From positions 310,001 to 374,000 of the forward strand of contig JADIIX010000002.1 of NCBI GenBank assembly GCA_027604505.1: a DNA stretch of 64,000 nucleotides. The letters are read 5' to 3'. The notes beneath the pieces were generated by a model. That model was not told where the DNA came from. It was given only the letters and a program-made list of their open reading frames with translations, and made no database searches. The position numbers and the translations under genes were made by a program. Numbering within the stretch: position 1 is the stretch's first letter; each line of letters opens with the position of its first letter. Source of the DNA: Gonapodya sp. JEL0774 (taxonomy: Eukaryota). Shown here one piece after another: positions 50,101 to 64,000 of the stretch.

Positions 50101-53100
50101 AGACCCGCAGGCCCACCGTCTGGCCAAGTCGAGCGGCAAGCTGTGGTATCCATCGTAGATACGTCCAAGACGGAACAGTTCGCGCCTGATGAAAGACTCT
50201 AAAAGGTGTGTTTCAAAAAAATCTTCCAGAAGGTGTAATCTCACTCTGTGCTCGAAAGCGACGTCAATATCGTAAAGTTCCAACAATTGCAGAAGCCTGG
50301 GGAAACGGCCGATCGCCTCTTCTCGTGACTGTGCCATTCCGACAAATACTTTGTCCATGAGGATATTTGCGTATCGATGGCGCTCCTTGTATACGTCAAG
50401 ATCTCGCTACAGCATTTATGAGGCTTTCAGTCACTACCTCACAAACATATTGTTGGACCTTACCTTGTCTTCAGCACTTTCTAACCATCTCAGGGTGCGA
50501 TCGCAGAGCCTGGCAAGCTGGAGTTGAGCTCGACTCAGAAGTTTCACCTTGTAACTGTATTATTGGCTCAACGAAATATTCCCGCGTATTCTTTTCATCC
50601 TTACCTCCACAATTTGACTGGGCTCGGTGCTCGCGACGTTGACAGACTGGTATAGACTGTTAAATTCATTTGTTTGAATAAGACTGGCGAATTCATCTGA
50701 GGAGTTCGGAATATTTGCTAGGATTCCTCCCTGCCTTGCATCAACTTTTTCGGCAGCGTTTCGGTAGCCCGTGAAAGCAACAGTTAAAGAATCCGGGTTC
50801 ACGAGAGGGTCCACAAGAGCATCATAGCACTCCGCTTCTGTCATGAGAACTTGCATCATTACTGTTTGGTTCCTCTGACTGGATAAATCATTCTGTTCGG
50901 GGACAGAGTAATACACATGTTATGAGCTCTCAACGCTGGTCCGCACTTGAGACGCATCCTACCTTTGCTCGTCCAAGCAATTCTAGAAGTGCAACGACCG
51001 CGCTTGCCCTTGATTGGGCAATATCCGACGAGTCCATATTTTGCGTCTGGTTCAAAACTCGCTGGAGATTTAGTTTCACGCGTTGCATGGTGTTCTCTAT
51101 TCGATCGTGCCCAAGCGACCGAGCCACTTTGAGTAGGTCGTGGCCCCACTGAAATGCATTCCCGAGAAGTGCCGCTTCTGCCTCTTGAACATAGAAATCG
51201 CGTTTCATGGTACTAATGTCCACAGCTGTGGTTGTGAGCGTTTCCACAGGTTGGCCATTGAAATTGGGGTCCACGTCCATGACCCCGAGACTGCGGACAT
51301 CCAGCGTTTCCAGATACCTGATTCTGGCACCGATAACGCTATCCCATGATTCAATTGAATCTGACTCCAACGGAAACCTATATGTGGATGAAAGGTCTGC
51401 AAAACATTTAAAGCATGCCACATTCTCCGAGCAATACCAACCGAGTCTTCCAGGCCGCTAATTTTCCGTTCAAGAGGCTCAAATTTTGGACATCCGACTT
51501 CATCTTCAAATCATCCTCAAAATCCAAAAACTCAAAAGCTTCCCTCACCTGTCAAAGAAGATTCAAGAATTGGTTATTGAGAGTAAAATTTTAACAACTC
51601 TTCTCACTCTCTGAAGCTGGCCAAGCAAATTGCGCCTGGGCAACACCGCCGACGGATGCAGCTGTGCGAAGTGACGTAGGAAGCCATCCAAGGCTTGTTG
51701 GGAATAAAATCGCCCACGAAGAGAATCGCCCGCGGTTATATACGTCTCAGCAAGATCTGTTATGTGTGGCAAATAAAATATTGTTACGTTGACCATCTTT
51801 GAGTCCGAAAATGGCTCACCCGACGGATAGAATTGTCCAAGGAAGTCCCTAAAAGCTCATGGAAAAGAAGAATTGATCGCCAAAACACAGATCCAAATGG
51901 GGAACCCCTAGAAGGCTCTAACCTCTTATTTTCGTCCGTGAGAGCGTCGTCGAGAAATTTGCTGAAGTTTTCGGAAGCTCTTTCGTCTCCTTTGTTGCGC
52001 AAATGACTGCGAATGTAGTATTTGAGGTAGACATCCTGAAGTCCGTGGTGCAGTGAGACGAATCGACGGACGGACAGATTAGAAGAATCTCACTTTGTTG
52101 CTGTCTTCCCATATGTCCTCGACGTCTTCGGTGAACGTAGCCAGGACTTTCCACTCTCCGAGTCTCATACACACATCCATAAAGTTTTCCACGAGAAACC
52201 TCCGCTATTACCAAAGAGATCGTCGCCTGGCACTTAATAAAGGTGCTAAATCTCATTGACATACCTGGAATTCTTCTGTGGATTCAGAGAGAGATTGAAA
52301 TTGTTCCTTCAAACTCTCAAAGGCACCCTCTAAATTCCCTGCAATTTCTGCGTCCACAGATTTTTGATAGGAAGATCCCGGACTTGCAAGTTTTGACTCG
52401 GCAGTAGCTCGGACAATATCCAAGTCTCCCATGCGGCGATATAGAGAGGCAACATGAAGCCAGTCTGCAACCCCAGTTCTTCGCCCTTCGGTGTTCGAAC
52501 GTGCTCTCTTTGTGCCTTACACAGAAGAGCGCAGCAGGCCGATGAACTAGATACTGGTTATGCTATTGAGTATTCACTTACTTGGTTGCACCGAAACACC
52601 CTCCATCATGATGGCTTCGGCAGTCACTATTCCAATGTCATAGGTAATCGCATCCCGGTTGCTAGATGCAACGAGATTCACGGGACTGCGCAGTGCTTGG
52701 ATTTCGAGCATCACTCGCTGGATTGATGACAAGTTAGTTACGTTCACAAGAGAATCAGATCGCCATTTATTCTGCTTACTGTGACCGATGCCACAACAGG
52801 AGGATGAACACAAGTCCGTAAAATAAACTCCAATGCACCAGCGAGTTGATTTTTAAAGTTCGTAGCTTCGTCGTTCTGAGAAGCAGGAGTTGCTTAAAGA
52901 GTGTTGAAGAATTGCTCAAACTCTTCTTACCGTGAATTCATTCTCAACTTCTTTGCAAACACCAATGACAATCTGCAAAAACACATGTGAAGCAATACCG
53001 GTATCGAGGGTGGCCAGCGTCTGAAGTGGAAGAAGAAGATGGCTGTTCGGGATTGAGATATCCGGCAGATCTCCAAATCGGTATCGCCGGGTCAAATTTA

Positions 53101-56100
53101 CACCGCGTTCACGAATATCTTTCTGTTGAACCAAATGGAATGTCTGAAATCCGATTTTTTAAATCCGATGTGGCAAACGTATACCTCCAGAACTTGCCGT
53201 CGCAAGTCCACACTCTTCCGAATGCCAGCGCGCCTTGCGAATGCTTGCTCGTCCTTCAGTCGGCCCCTCTTCTCGAATCTCCGTCGTAAACTCGAAAATT
53301 CCGATTCACGTTGAAGTTGTGTTTGTTGTTTCCTCGGTATAGAAGTCATTACCTGCGGACCCATCGCTCCGCCGAGACTTGAATTGGTTAAACTGTTACT
53401 CATTGCTTCGAGGCTTTGGCGCGCTGTCGTCCCATTGGATAGTAGAGATTAATCGTTTATGTTGGTATCAGTCATCCGTGATACGGGTAACACACCAAGA
53501 TCAATAGTTGGGGTAAAGGCGAGGGGTACGGCTTGGCTATCCCGCACGCCAGCGATTGGAAGGAAACGAACATTTGTCTAGAATCGAAGGAAAGAGGCAC
53601 TTGAGTGTTGCCACATTTTAAGATGCAACAAAAACGAAAGTGCGAACTTGACTCTGTGATGGCGCGAACAGAGGCTGGAGCGAAGACTGCGCCGCTGAAC
53701 CGACAACCATACTCCACTCATGGAATGTTGCATTAGGCAGACCATCTTTGAAAAGTGGATCCTCGTACTCCCGCGAGAATGCTGCCAAGCCAAGAAGAAG
53801 GTATGTTGCCTGCTTGAGGAACAAAGCACTATGTTGGGCAAAATACAGATCCCTGCAAACGAGCTAATATGAACTGGTGTGACTTTCATCTGCAAAAAAA
53901 TTCACTACTTGCTTGGTTATTTGAGCCAGAGCGCCTGGTACTTCACGTCTCAAAAATGTGTTCCAATAAGCGGTCACGCTACTTCTGAGTTTTGTGCTCG
54001 GATCTGTCAGACCCCGGAGCAAAATGGCTCTAAGTTGCAGCTTAATAGGGTCACTGAAGCGATCTCTTTCAGCAATTGCGTTGACGAGCCCATAGAATGC
54101 TGTACGACACGTTGTGGACGGGTGGTCGGTGAAAATACCAGCAATTTGGGGTAGCATTTGTTGTAAGGTGACTTCGTCAAACTCCCCAACAAACTGCAAA
54201 AGGACCCCCAATGCAGCGGCCTGCACCATGTCATCTCGATGAATCAAACTCGACATCAAAAACCGACTTTTGAGTGCTCCAAAGATATTTTCGGAATCTG
54301 GCGATCGGGCCAAAATCTGCAGGGCGAGCGCTTTGTCTTCTCCACGATTAAGGCTGGGAAACATGAACAGAACCGTCGAGGAGTGTTCTTGCGCAATAGG
54401 AAGGTATTCTCGAGATACGTGGTAGAGAAGCATCAAGTATCGATATCGCTGATTCTTATCTTGATGTACATCTGCAATCTGTGAGAACAGCTTCGCATGA
54501 GAGTTCAGAATCGAATTGACATTTCGACAAGTCAACTTGCCACACGAAACAGAAGTTCACGTAACGGAGTATCCTCTGGTTCTTTGGACAACCAAAGACC
54601 AGCGACCTGCAGAGGAAGCGAGAATGTTGATCCAATCACCACATGACACCCCACGACTGTCAGGTTCTCACATATGCCGCAGATAGATATTCACGCTTAG
54701 ATGCTGCCTTAAGTTTTTCGCACAAGAGCTGAAAGAGCCGCTCTTTCGAGTTACTGTTGGGCGAGGAAATTGTCTCTTTATCCATTGAAGGAACGACACC
54801 ATTAGCTAAAAAGGCATTCAATAGTGTAATTCCAGTGACGCATGATGGATCGTTTTCAATATAACGGGTCAAGTCAGCCTGATAACATTTGCGAAGCATC
54901 ACCGATACTACAAGCAAGTTACATCGAGAATTGAAAACAACAATAGCACTCACGCTTGGAAGAAACAAGGAAGTTTTCCACAATTCGACAAACTCTTGAA
55001 CAATTTTCACGTTTGTTTTTGTTATCTGAGTTTCGTTGGGCACATACACATTCTGGACAAGGAAGTGCTACCAGTTCGGAGGCAGGTATGGCAATTGGGA
55101 AAAATGACACACTGGAGTAATTGGACATGGAAGACCCACAAGAAAATCGTTCACCACCGTCTTGTCGTCTGGAACGGCTCTTGAAATTGACCACGAGAGT
55201 ACAAGAATACATCTGAAGAAAAAAGCGTTGCGTTTTAGGTCGATTCGCGATCTTGATGCCTCAGTCACATACAGGTCTACAACGTAATAATTGATACCTT
55301 GTCCAAATCGCTCTGAGTCAACCACCATTCGCATGAGGACTGGAACCCAGTCGTTTGCATGAGCTGGTAATGAGAATACAAGTGAAATAGTAGATGAGTG
55401 TAGAGTTTCGGCACCTTCAATACCCACATTCAAAAGCATCGGGAAAATTTATGATAATTTTGACAAGAAAGAGACGAACGTTCACGTGTGTCTCAGACGA
55501 ATTGACCTCCTTGTATATCTCATCCATCCAAACTGTTGATTTTCACACAGTGTGTGACATAAATAGGGACACATCATCGACAAAACTCAAGATCAACATC
55601 TCACCTGGCCTTTTGCCGCCAATTACACCGCTCGCCAAAGGAAATCTCTTACGAAGATTCCATATCAGATCCAAAACAGAACGCATACAAGGATTGCTGT
55701 TGATTGGGTCAACTTCTATCAGGTCAAAAGGTCTGAACACAAATGATACACAAAATTGCGCGGTTCCTTAACAACCCGAATTCCCCAAAGCATATCACTT
55801 CACTGACCGATGAGTCTTCACATTCTCAGTTGCTGGAGCCGGGGAATTCTCCAAGGTCGGAGAACTGGTCTGGGAAGGGGCACTTGACGGCACAAATGGC
55901 ACATTGTCAGCGAGCGATGAGTTCGATAGATATGCTGAGGGAAGGTAGTTTCGATTCGATCGACCAGTTTGTGTCTTGGCTGACGGAGCATCTATTCTTG
56001 CGCGATACTCGTCGAATTTGGCTCGCAAAAATTTGGCGGGCTGTTCCCTGTCAAGTCGCATTTCAACAGTTGTGTCAACTAAGTGCCTCCAGATTGTTGT

Positions 56101-59100
56101 ACGGGTCTCCTTCTTGACCTTTACCAGAACATCAGGCTTTCTATCATATTTGACGAGTGCTCACACTTACCCTAAACAACAGCTCGAAAAAAGGTTGTTC
56201 GTTGGTCACTTTCACTGCATCCGCAAACGATGTTTCGGAGAAATGTAAGAAGCAAGCATTCCACCCACCAACCAGAGATGACACGCACCTATCACATTGG
56301 CAACACAGATAAATGCACTCTGGTGCATATCCAAAGCTTCTGCAGATGACTATTTCGGCATGTGTTCAAACCCGAGGAGATGCCTTCCAACAAGCCACGA
56401 CATGACGGCTCACCCCCTTCTCAAAAATTGCCCCATATGAGATTCGCGTGACAAAGCTCACGAACTTTTGGCTTGAATTCCATTTTGAGCCAAGCTTTTC
56501 AAAATTTGCGGGAGAGAGCCCCGCTGAGACAGCGTGCAATGTCAACAAGGACGACGTAAGACAACATCATGTTAAAACGTAATAACATAAACTTATCTCC
56601 AGAACGTCAAAACAACATGCTTTCAGTTGAAACAACACCAGGCCCGGAGTTCCAGATGGCTGTGTAGCTTGAATTGTTGAAGCGACTTTGCCAACATGCT
56701 GTGCATAAACATTGTTGTCAATGCTGAAATCGTGTTTGGGACAACGCTAAGGTTACTCACCTCCCTCATCACGCCCAACAATGTTTCTTCACTCGGAATT
56801 GATCGTATCACACTCGTCAGTATGTTTCTTACCAATCTTCGTCGCGTATCTATGGGTTTCTCTTCATCCCACAAAAATCTTGACCACAATAATGTGAGCT
56901 GACTCATGCGATTACTCGTGAAGAGATAAGAATTGTGTACGAACTCGCAACAAAACTCCAGCAAGTCGGTCTGATGTTGGGACGTCATCACTTTCACCAA
57001 TGAGGGAATCGCACGCGCAACTCTGTCCAGGAATGCGTGATCTGCTATTCTGCACACTTGCCTGATCACGACTTTCCAGAGCGATATCCAGCCACCGTTC
57101 GAAGCAATCGAGTTCATCACCTTGTGAATCTGAAAACTTGAGTATCACGAAAAACCAACTGGTTCTCAAACAATTACCTTCCCGAAGCACATATCAAGCT
57201 CACTCTGCTTCTCCAGTGGAAGGGAATCAAAGTCGTTGCGTCTTATATCGAGAGAATCCACCAATTTCGTCACTGCGGCACTTATTGAAACAAAACCCTT
57301 GCGGAAAAGATTTTTAGACCACCTTTGCACCCATCGTCGCTGCCAGTCAACAAACCTCATCGTCAAAGAAAAAGGACACCAATTCTAAGGCGTCTGCTTT
57401 ATATCCCATCGGCACATCCGATTCAAAAAAGGTCAGAACCCTGTTCACCAAAAACCGACCGAACTCAGAGCTTAGGTGTTGTTTGACCATCTTCTGGTTT
57501 AGGTTCAGAAATTTGCGCATGAAATCCAAAGACGGTCGGTCGATGCGAAAGTGAAGACTCTTATAGAAAGGTGGATCCCGAGAGAAGTCTTGGAAAAACT
57601 TGCTTGCGGCGATTGATTTCGCGGAAAGTGGGAGCGCCATTATATGATCTAAAGCAGAACACATAATATTGAGAAAAAAGACACTGGACCAGGCGTTCTG
57701 AAGCTCAGCATCAGCAGTGTAACGATCAAGATTCGATGCAAATTCTCTACTGATCACGTTACTGTATGTGCTGAAAAAAGATGATGCAACTCTATCGGAT
57801 TGGGATGAGGAACCAAGCACATCCTGTTGCACAAACGCAGCAAGTAAGCATTGAGCAATCCAAAAAGTAGTCACTCCACTTGACCTCAACAAGGTGCTCA
57901 GTTATCAAACGCCTCCTTGCGACAGAATAATCGAAACACACGCACAAAATCGCATTTCCAAGTCGGACATAAGAGGGATCGAGCTGCATCCTGAGGGACT
58001 GTACCTTCTCCAGCAAAACACTTGCTAGTTTGCCCACGTCTACAACTTTCAAAATTGTCTCTTCCGCAAGGTCCAAACTCTGAAGAAGACCAATGCGTTC
58101 GAACGCAAACGCCATGTCTAAGACGTTCAGGGGTGAAACTTGCAATTCCCAAACTCGTTGACTCTGCAAGATGTTACGAGCCGCCACAAAAAAATAATTC
58201 ATTCCATTGGGAAAACGATGCCTTAAAACCGGCAGAAGCTCCCGAATCAGATGCTTTGCGGAATCCCTTGAATCCTTCGTTTCGCCACCAAAGTAGATGG
58301 CATCTGGTTCAAGAATGCACCTCGCGAGGACTGCAAACAGAGGTCCACGATAAAGTAGAATGCGAGCCATCTCGTGCTCAGACGCCTGCGGTAGCTTCCG
58401 AGCTAAAATGAGCGCCAATCGGAGCACCGCACTGAGAGCAATGCCCTTGCTGCCGGGATTCCCTTTCACTTTATGAAAGGAGATATCATCCCTCCATACA
58501 CCTCCATCGTCGCTATCTCCTCGCCCAAGACATGCATTCAGGAACGATTCGCACCGTTCAAAGAACAGTGAACTCCCGTCCCGAGCAAAATCTCGACTTA
58601 ACAGGGCGTCGTGGAAGAGCAGGAACCCATATCCTTGCCATGCCCAAATAAGATTTGGTAAAAGCCACAAAGTGCAGCTAACGAGATCCTTGAAAACGAA
58701 CCTTCCGCAGACACAATGAGCCACTCCAACATTGACGATTGCTCCGCTTCCAAAACCTTAACAACCAAATGCGAATCTGTCACCATGCCATTCCCAATCC
58801 AGTCTCGTAGTTTGGGCCCATCTGATGGAAGACCAGTCACAAAATTACCTCTTTCGCAATTTGAAACCCAGGTGCCAAAACTCACTCTTCAAGAGAGGAA
58901 CGAACGACAGAGCAAACTGCATACAAGCACGGGAAAACTCTCGTTCCTTACTTCCAAATCCCTTGAAAAGCCATTCGACAAGGGATCCTAGGTCTACACG
59001 CTCCCCAAGCTCGTGGATCGTACGTCTGTCACCAGAATCGTCCAAAAATTCACTTTTGGCTTTTAATATGATCTTCTCGCAGTGACGAAGAGCATCTTTC

Positions 59101-62100
59101 GCCAGTCTCGCAGTTTCTGTGTAGTTAACATAGGTCGTTTCAAATTGCGGTTGAGCACGTTCTCGCTTGTTCCTCACCAAGTTCTTCACTATCTTTGTCA
59201 GATAAACGAAGTGAGATCATGAAATGGTAAAATATATCGATTGTATATAATCGGAGGAGAGATCGTTCTTCGCGAAAGATGGTGTAAAGTTTGTTGAACG
59301 TTACCGCTACAAATTGCATGTACTTGAGAAGCAGTGGAAAGCAATATGCGAAACATCAACTACCTGCTCCAAGACGTTTGAAAGGAGATTGGTCCTTGCA
59401 AAGAAGAAAGAGCCGTAGAAACAGGGATTTGGCATTGATAACTTCACTGTCCTAAATGGAAATGGTACCAACCGTCTCATTTAGGTCCGATCAAAAGCGA
59501 CAAGGAAGACGAATCATTTCACCTGAGCTGTCCGCTTGATGGACCAACGGAGAAACTCTGCAAGACACTCCCCACCAAACTCCCGCAACTGACCCCTTCC
59601 CGACACGGCTTCGATACAAGCGTTCAACATGATAACTGTATCACTGGACTCAAACTTCTGGTTATTGGTGAACCAATGGATCATTTCCGTCATCAGTGGC
59701 CGGAATAATGCTCGAGTAACTGCATCAGTGTCGACGGCTAGTCGAAGGATCACGGGGAGAAGTTTCTGATAATAACTTGACAATCTTCCCTGAAGCACAT
59801 TTGTAAGAGTTACGAGGGTGAAGATGACACGATCGAAAATAGATGTTGAGTCATACTTTCGATCCCTCCGCGGTTGCATCTTTCACACTGTGAGCGGATA
59901 TTCCAATCATGTGCAGGATCATCGCATGGAGCAGCTCACAAGCGGCAACTTTGGTTTTTCTCTCAGGGGACTCCTCAGCAAGTTTGACGATTCGAGGCAA
60001 CATTTCATCTGGGTAACGAAGTTCTATTCGTTCTTTTCAGGAACCGTTGCTGCATATTTCTCAGCTCACCATAATTAATGAGCACCTTCATAGTTGGAAA
60101 AGGAATGAAATAGTTGAGTTTTCTGTCAGTATCCCAAGCCAGTAAGCTCGTGTCCGTGGAGTACTGGTTCTCCGGCATTACAAGCTGACTGTCTCCGCCT
60201 AGAGCACCAAGGAAAGAAGCAATCCTCCTTTGCAGTAATTTCAAAGTCGAATCTGTCTGTAATCCAAATAGCACGGGTGGGTTAAGTGTGGTAGAGCGGA
60301 GAACTTGGACCGCAACCGAAAGTTCCACACACTTCGTTCGAACCATTCTGTGCCCACTTTGAGCTCTCCCTGGTCCTGGATGGGTTCTTGCTCGCGCTGG
60401 TTGATCTATTTTCCGGTTTGCTTCCAGTGACATCAAACTCGAAAATGTGAGAATCAGTAGCCAGGTAGGGATACAGCGACGGAAGGACCATTTTTAACAT
60501 TCCTCGAATATGCGATGCAGGAAACCGATTGGTACAGCGTTCGAGGCACTCCACTCCCAGATTCGCCATCTCACTGCAACGTTTGTTTCAGAGATACTTC
60601 GGGTGTTCTGAAATATACGAAACAGACTCACGGATGCGTCAACCCCAGGTGGAATGCGGAGATGAGCGGTTCGGCGATAGTCGCAAGCGTCAACAGTTCC
60701 GTCGGCGTTTGTAGAACGAATCTTAGGCACGCTGCAAGCAGATCACCCTGGAACAGTTTTATCCTCCCCAACACATTCATAAGTATCCTGGAGTATTGGG
60801 CATACGCCGTCTTGGTAATGCTGTCTGTACGTCCCGTTACCTCCCTGGACACTCTCTAGATACAGTTGGATAGGTAAAATGAGTTGGTATCCAACACATA
60901 TCGTGACACCCACGTCGCTATCGTGATCGAAAACGCCATCTTCCACCATGTCCTCGAAAACTCCATGTCTCGTGCAGATCTCCATGCAAAGTGCCAGAAG
61001 CTTGTAGAATCCAGAGACCAGGGGAAACTTACTGCTCATATCGCCCCAGGATTCTCCAGCCTGACTGAGCCACCGCTTGAATTGAAAGTCTCTAACTTCT
61101 CCGAGAAAGCGACTGCAAAACTCTACGTAGTTCAGAAACAAGCTGAAGTCTTTCGGTTGGAGTGGTTGTAGTGAGGCTGGGTCCCCAGTTGGTGGCAATG
61201 TGGTTCGGTTCACTCTTTCAGTTATCCCTTCATCTGTCAACTCCAAAACGAAAGTTGTGAAATCCAATCGCTCTGGAAACGTGATAATAACTTGCACTGC
61301 AAGGTCATACACTGATTCGAAAAAGTCCTCCCAAAGTTGCAACTCTTCGGGGCTATTGCTCATTCGCTTCATGAGAACATCTGAAAACAATGACTTCCAG
61401 AACGTCATAAAAACTATGGATGATCGAGTCTGTGGTTCTGAGTCGGTATCGGTACTCTCTTCCAGAATCGGTTCCGAATCACCATTGCTATCATCAGCAA
61501 TGAGGTTAGCCAGCGCCGGGTCGAAAGTTGGGTCATCTGCAGGATCCGCGGGTTTGTCAATCTTCGTTTCTGCCGTAGTCATCGACAGATCTTGTCCGTC
61601 ATCAGCGGCATCCCTGGTTGCAACAATGTCGGTGCAGGTCAAGATCAGAACACGACTCGCTGCGTCGTGATCCCCAAGGTAAGACAAAATGCAGTAGAAC
61701 AGCACACAGCACGCTTACCAATATTGGGCCAGAAGGTCCTCAAGAGATTCTTTTTATAGAAGGCAAAGAGAACTTCCTGGAATGCCAACGTCGCTGCATA
61801 CCTAACCCGTGGGCCCAGTCGATAGAAGTTTAGGAACAACGCGCCACTCAAACGCTCTGTTCGATGAAACAGACAGATCTCGTAAGAAGGAAGCTTTAGT
61901 TATGAGTGCAAGCCAAGTGAACGCACCAATTGTGCTAGACCCTGGAATATCCGCCTGGTCTAATTCTACAATAACATGAGCAAAAGCCTGAAGGTACGAG
62001 CCGAGGTATTGCACCGCATCATCGGACACCTGCGTGGGATCTGAATAAAACAGGCTAACTGCCCGATCAAGGTGTAACAAAATATCGTTGATTCTGACAC

Positions 62101-63950
62101 CATCCATTCCTTTGAGAGGTCGAGCCAGAGCACCAAAAGAGCGAACACAGAACGCAACATAGCGGGTATCAACTTCCTTGGAATCATTTTGCATTGGTTC
62201 TCGAAGGGCCGTTAGTAGGTTTGAAGCAAGAAACTGAAAAGAAACTGGAGAATCTGATGCAAAAGCTCATCAAGCAAAACTATCAAATTTTCACCTTCAA
62301 ACATATCTTGAGCCGTTTTCTATCCGCAGACGGATCGTTCATAACAATTACCATCTTTCAGTAGAGAAGAAAAGTTCAGATAGGCATTTTCATCAGATCG
62401 AAAACAAAGTTTCCACTGACCTGGTTAATGTACTCGTCAAAAGCAGGTTGAGCGGCTTTCCTCAAATCTCGGTTCTGGTGACGAAATGAGTTTCGAAGAT
62501 CATCGAATGTGGATTCGCATCTCTCGAAGATATTGGCGCGAATCAATCCCGCATGGCGAGTGAGAAAATTGAGACCCGCTGTTGGGAGTTTTGACCGTGT
62601 TAACGTGACGGACCTTGTGTACTTCGAACAAAAACTGCGACAGAACGAACACTTTAAGAAAGCGTAACTTTTCCGCTCCAAGCGATGTTTGTCAATAGCA
62701 CTCCACACAAGACTTGTAATCTGTGATTTTTGCGTTACATCTTCGCGGCGCAGATTGTTTGCACCGATGGATGGAATGTTAGCAAACCAAACCCTCACCG
62801 AGTAAATCCCACGAGCAAGTAAACATTATATTTGTGACGCAATTCAGAGCCCCCGCCTGCATCTTTTCCGATGCATCATCTTTTCCCTTGAGTTCGTCGG
62901 CAGTCTGGCAAACCCACGTGAGTAATTGGACCAGCTTTCTTGATTGCACCACGGACCCATGGTATCGAGCAATGTTGGAAAGTAAAGTAAGCAACGAGAC
63001 TTTGACTTTCAGAGAGAATTGAAAATTGCATTGTGATGAGACAGGTCACGCATCCTGTACACAAGTGGTGTCCCACCAGTGACTCCAAGCTTCTTGTTTA
63101 GGGTAACAAATTGGTTCGTTAGACTAAAATTTGTGGTCGAGTGGCGCAAATAATTGAGCTCGACTTGCTGATATCCAACATACCAAGAAACTTACCGCTC
63201 GAACACATCACTGAGACCCAAATACTTGGGATCTGTCACAAGGCCATCCGTCTCAATTAGAGCAGAGAGGACGTCCAAACACCCGGTCTTTATTTTGTTG
63301 TTTTGGTCGACATTGTACAACACCCAACATGTGTCCTAGGCCATACAAGAGCACGAAGGCATGGAATCAAGCAGTTCCGGTAACAGTGCAGGAAGAATGC
63401 GCATCCATCGAAGAACTCTATGCGAGTACCAGTTGAGTGCAGGATCACCCACCTTAATGTATTTCACATAATCTGAGACAATGCTCCCAGCTCGCCGCAC
63501 ATGAATTTCCACAACGTGAAGCAGTATCTTGTTCGTATCTGCTTGACCTCCTCTCGTTGCGTCCACGAATTTCAAGGCACCCTCCGCCTTATCAAGAAGG
63601 ATAGCACTCGCAACACCTAATTGATGTTCCACGATTAAGACGTAATTAACATATCAAAATGGGGCATCAGTGACAAGCATATGAAAACTACAGCGACGAC
63701 ATTAGATACCAAGGTCAGAGTCCGGCACTTCCTTCCAAAATACTTCAATGTCCTCGGCGAGGGACTTTGGGTCGCTCACGTAACCCTTGGACGAATCATT
63801 TTTGCCAGTGGATCGGAATGATTCATTGAGAGATCGCAAGCTGGATTCCAGCCTTATTCGGGCAGTGCCCATTCCTGGTGGCGGTGGAGTTGGTGTATTC
63901 GAAGACGACCTCCACAGTTCAAACAACCCCCGTGCGAAGACTGCACTCAT
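47197..63950 (-). CDS. PRKDC: DNA-dependent protein kinase catalytic subunit (PIKK); very many exons; start 63950 or 63872
   Basis: HEAT region (PKDFSLFLNYVEF, PLVSGFYKLL, LLAWD, LFRPLMTEMIHWFT, AEFLRWSIK); YRFGDLPDISI; kinase domain EVPGQY, SIRRPKRL, GEDLRQDQRIEQLF, GIGDRHLEN, IDFGHAFG, PELIPFRLS; FATC ending ATDPWALARIWQGWNPWL* (TAA 47197-47199). Confidence 0.95.
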
Positions 63951-64000
63951 TGAGTGACTGGATACAAAACCGAATTGATTTTCATCAAGTTCGCAATAGA

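Noticed and set aside
1..64000. Prokaryotic operon, defence island, CRISPR array, or pseudogenes suggested by fragmented ORFs
   Set aside because: ORF breaks coincide with GT..AG introns that restore conserved frames. No repeat-spacer arrays or transposase/integrase/RT motifs were seen.

Overview
Gene-dense, intron-rich eukaryotic genomic DNA with short GT-AG introns (mostly about 50-120 bp). I see no rRNA, tRNA, CRISPR array or recognisable intact mobile element. About 21 spliced protein-coding genes can be reconstructed by hand. Fungal-type genes (GT62 Anp1/Mnn9 mannosyltransferase, EGCrP-type GH5, RlpA/DPBB protein) sit beside genes lost in yeasts and most Dikarya: DNA-PKcs (about 16.8 kb), topoisomerase IIIbeta, BRCC36 and an integrin-linked-kinase-like ankyrin pseudokinase. 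This mix suggests an early-diverging, probably zoosporic, fungus (inference). The most notable observation is an apparently unannotatable minus-strand gene at 13359-17790 that looks like an animal/plant-type Treslin/TICRR. It has N-terminal CIT-like blocks, an Sld3-like helix, and a TP/SP CDK-site pair exactly 32 codons apart. Other highlights are an F-BAR-PH-C2-RasGAP fusion, an inverted pair of paralogous tyrosine phosphatases with shared intron positions, a SAM-domain gene missed by the ORF track, and a GC-AG intron. Exon boundaries were read by eye, and comparisons with human proteins are from memory rather than from a search.
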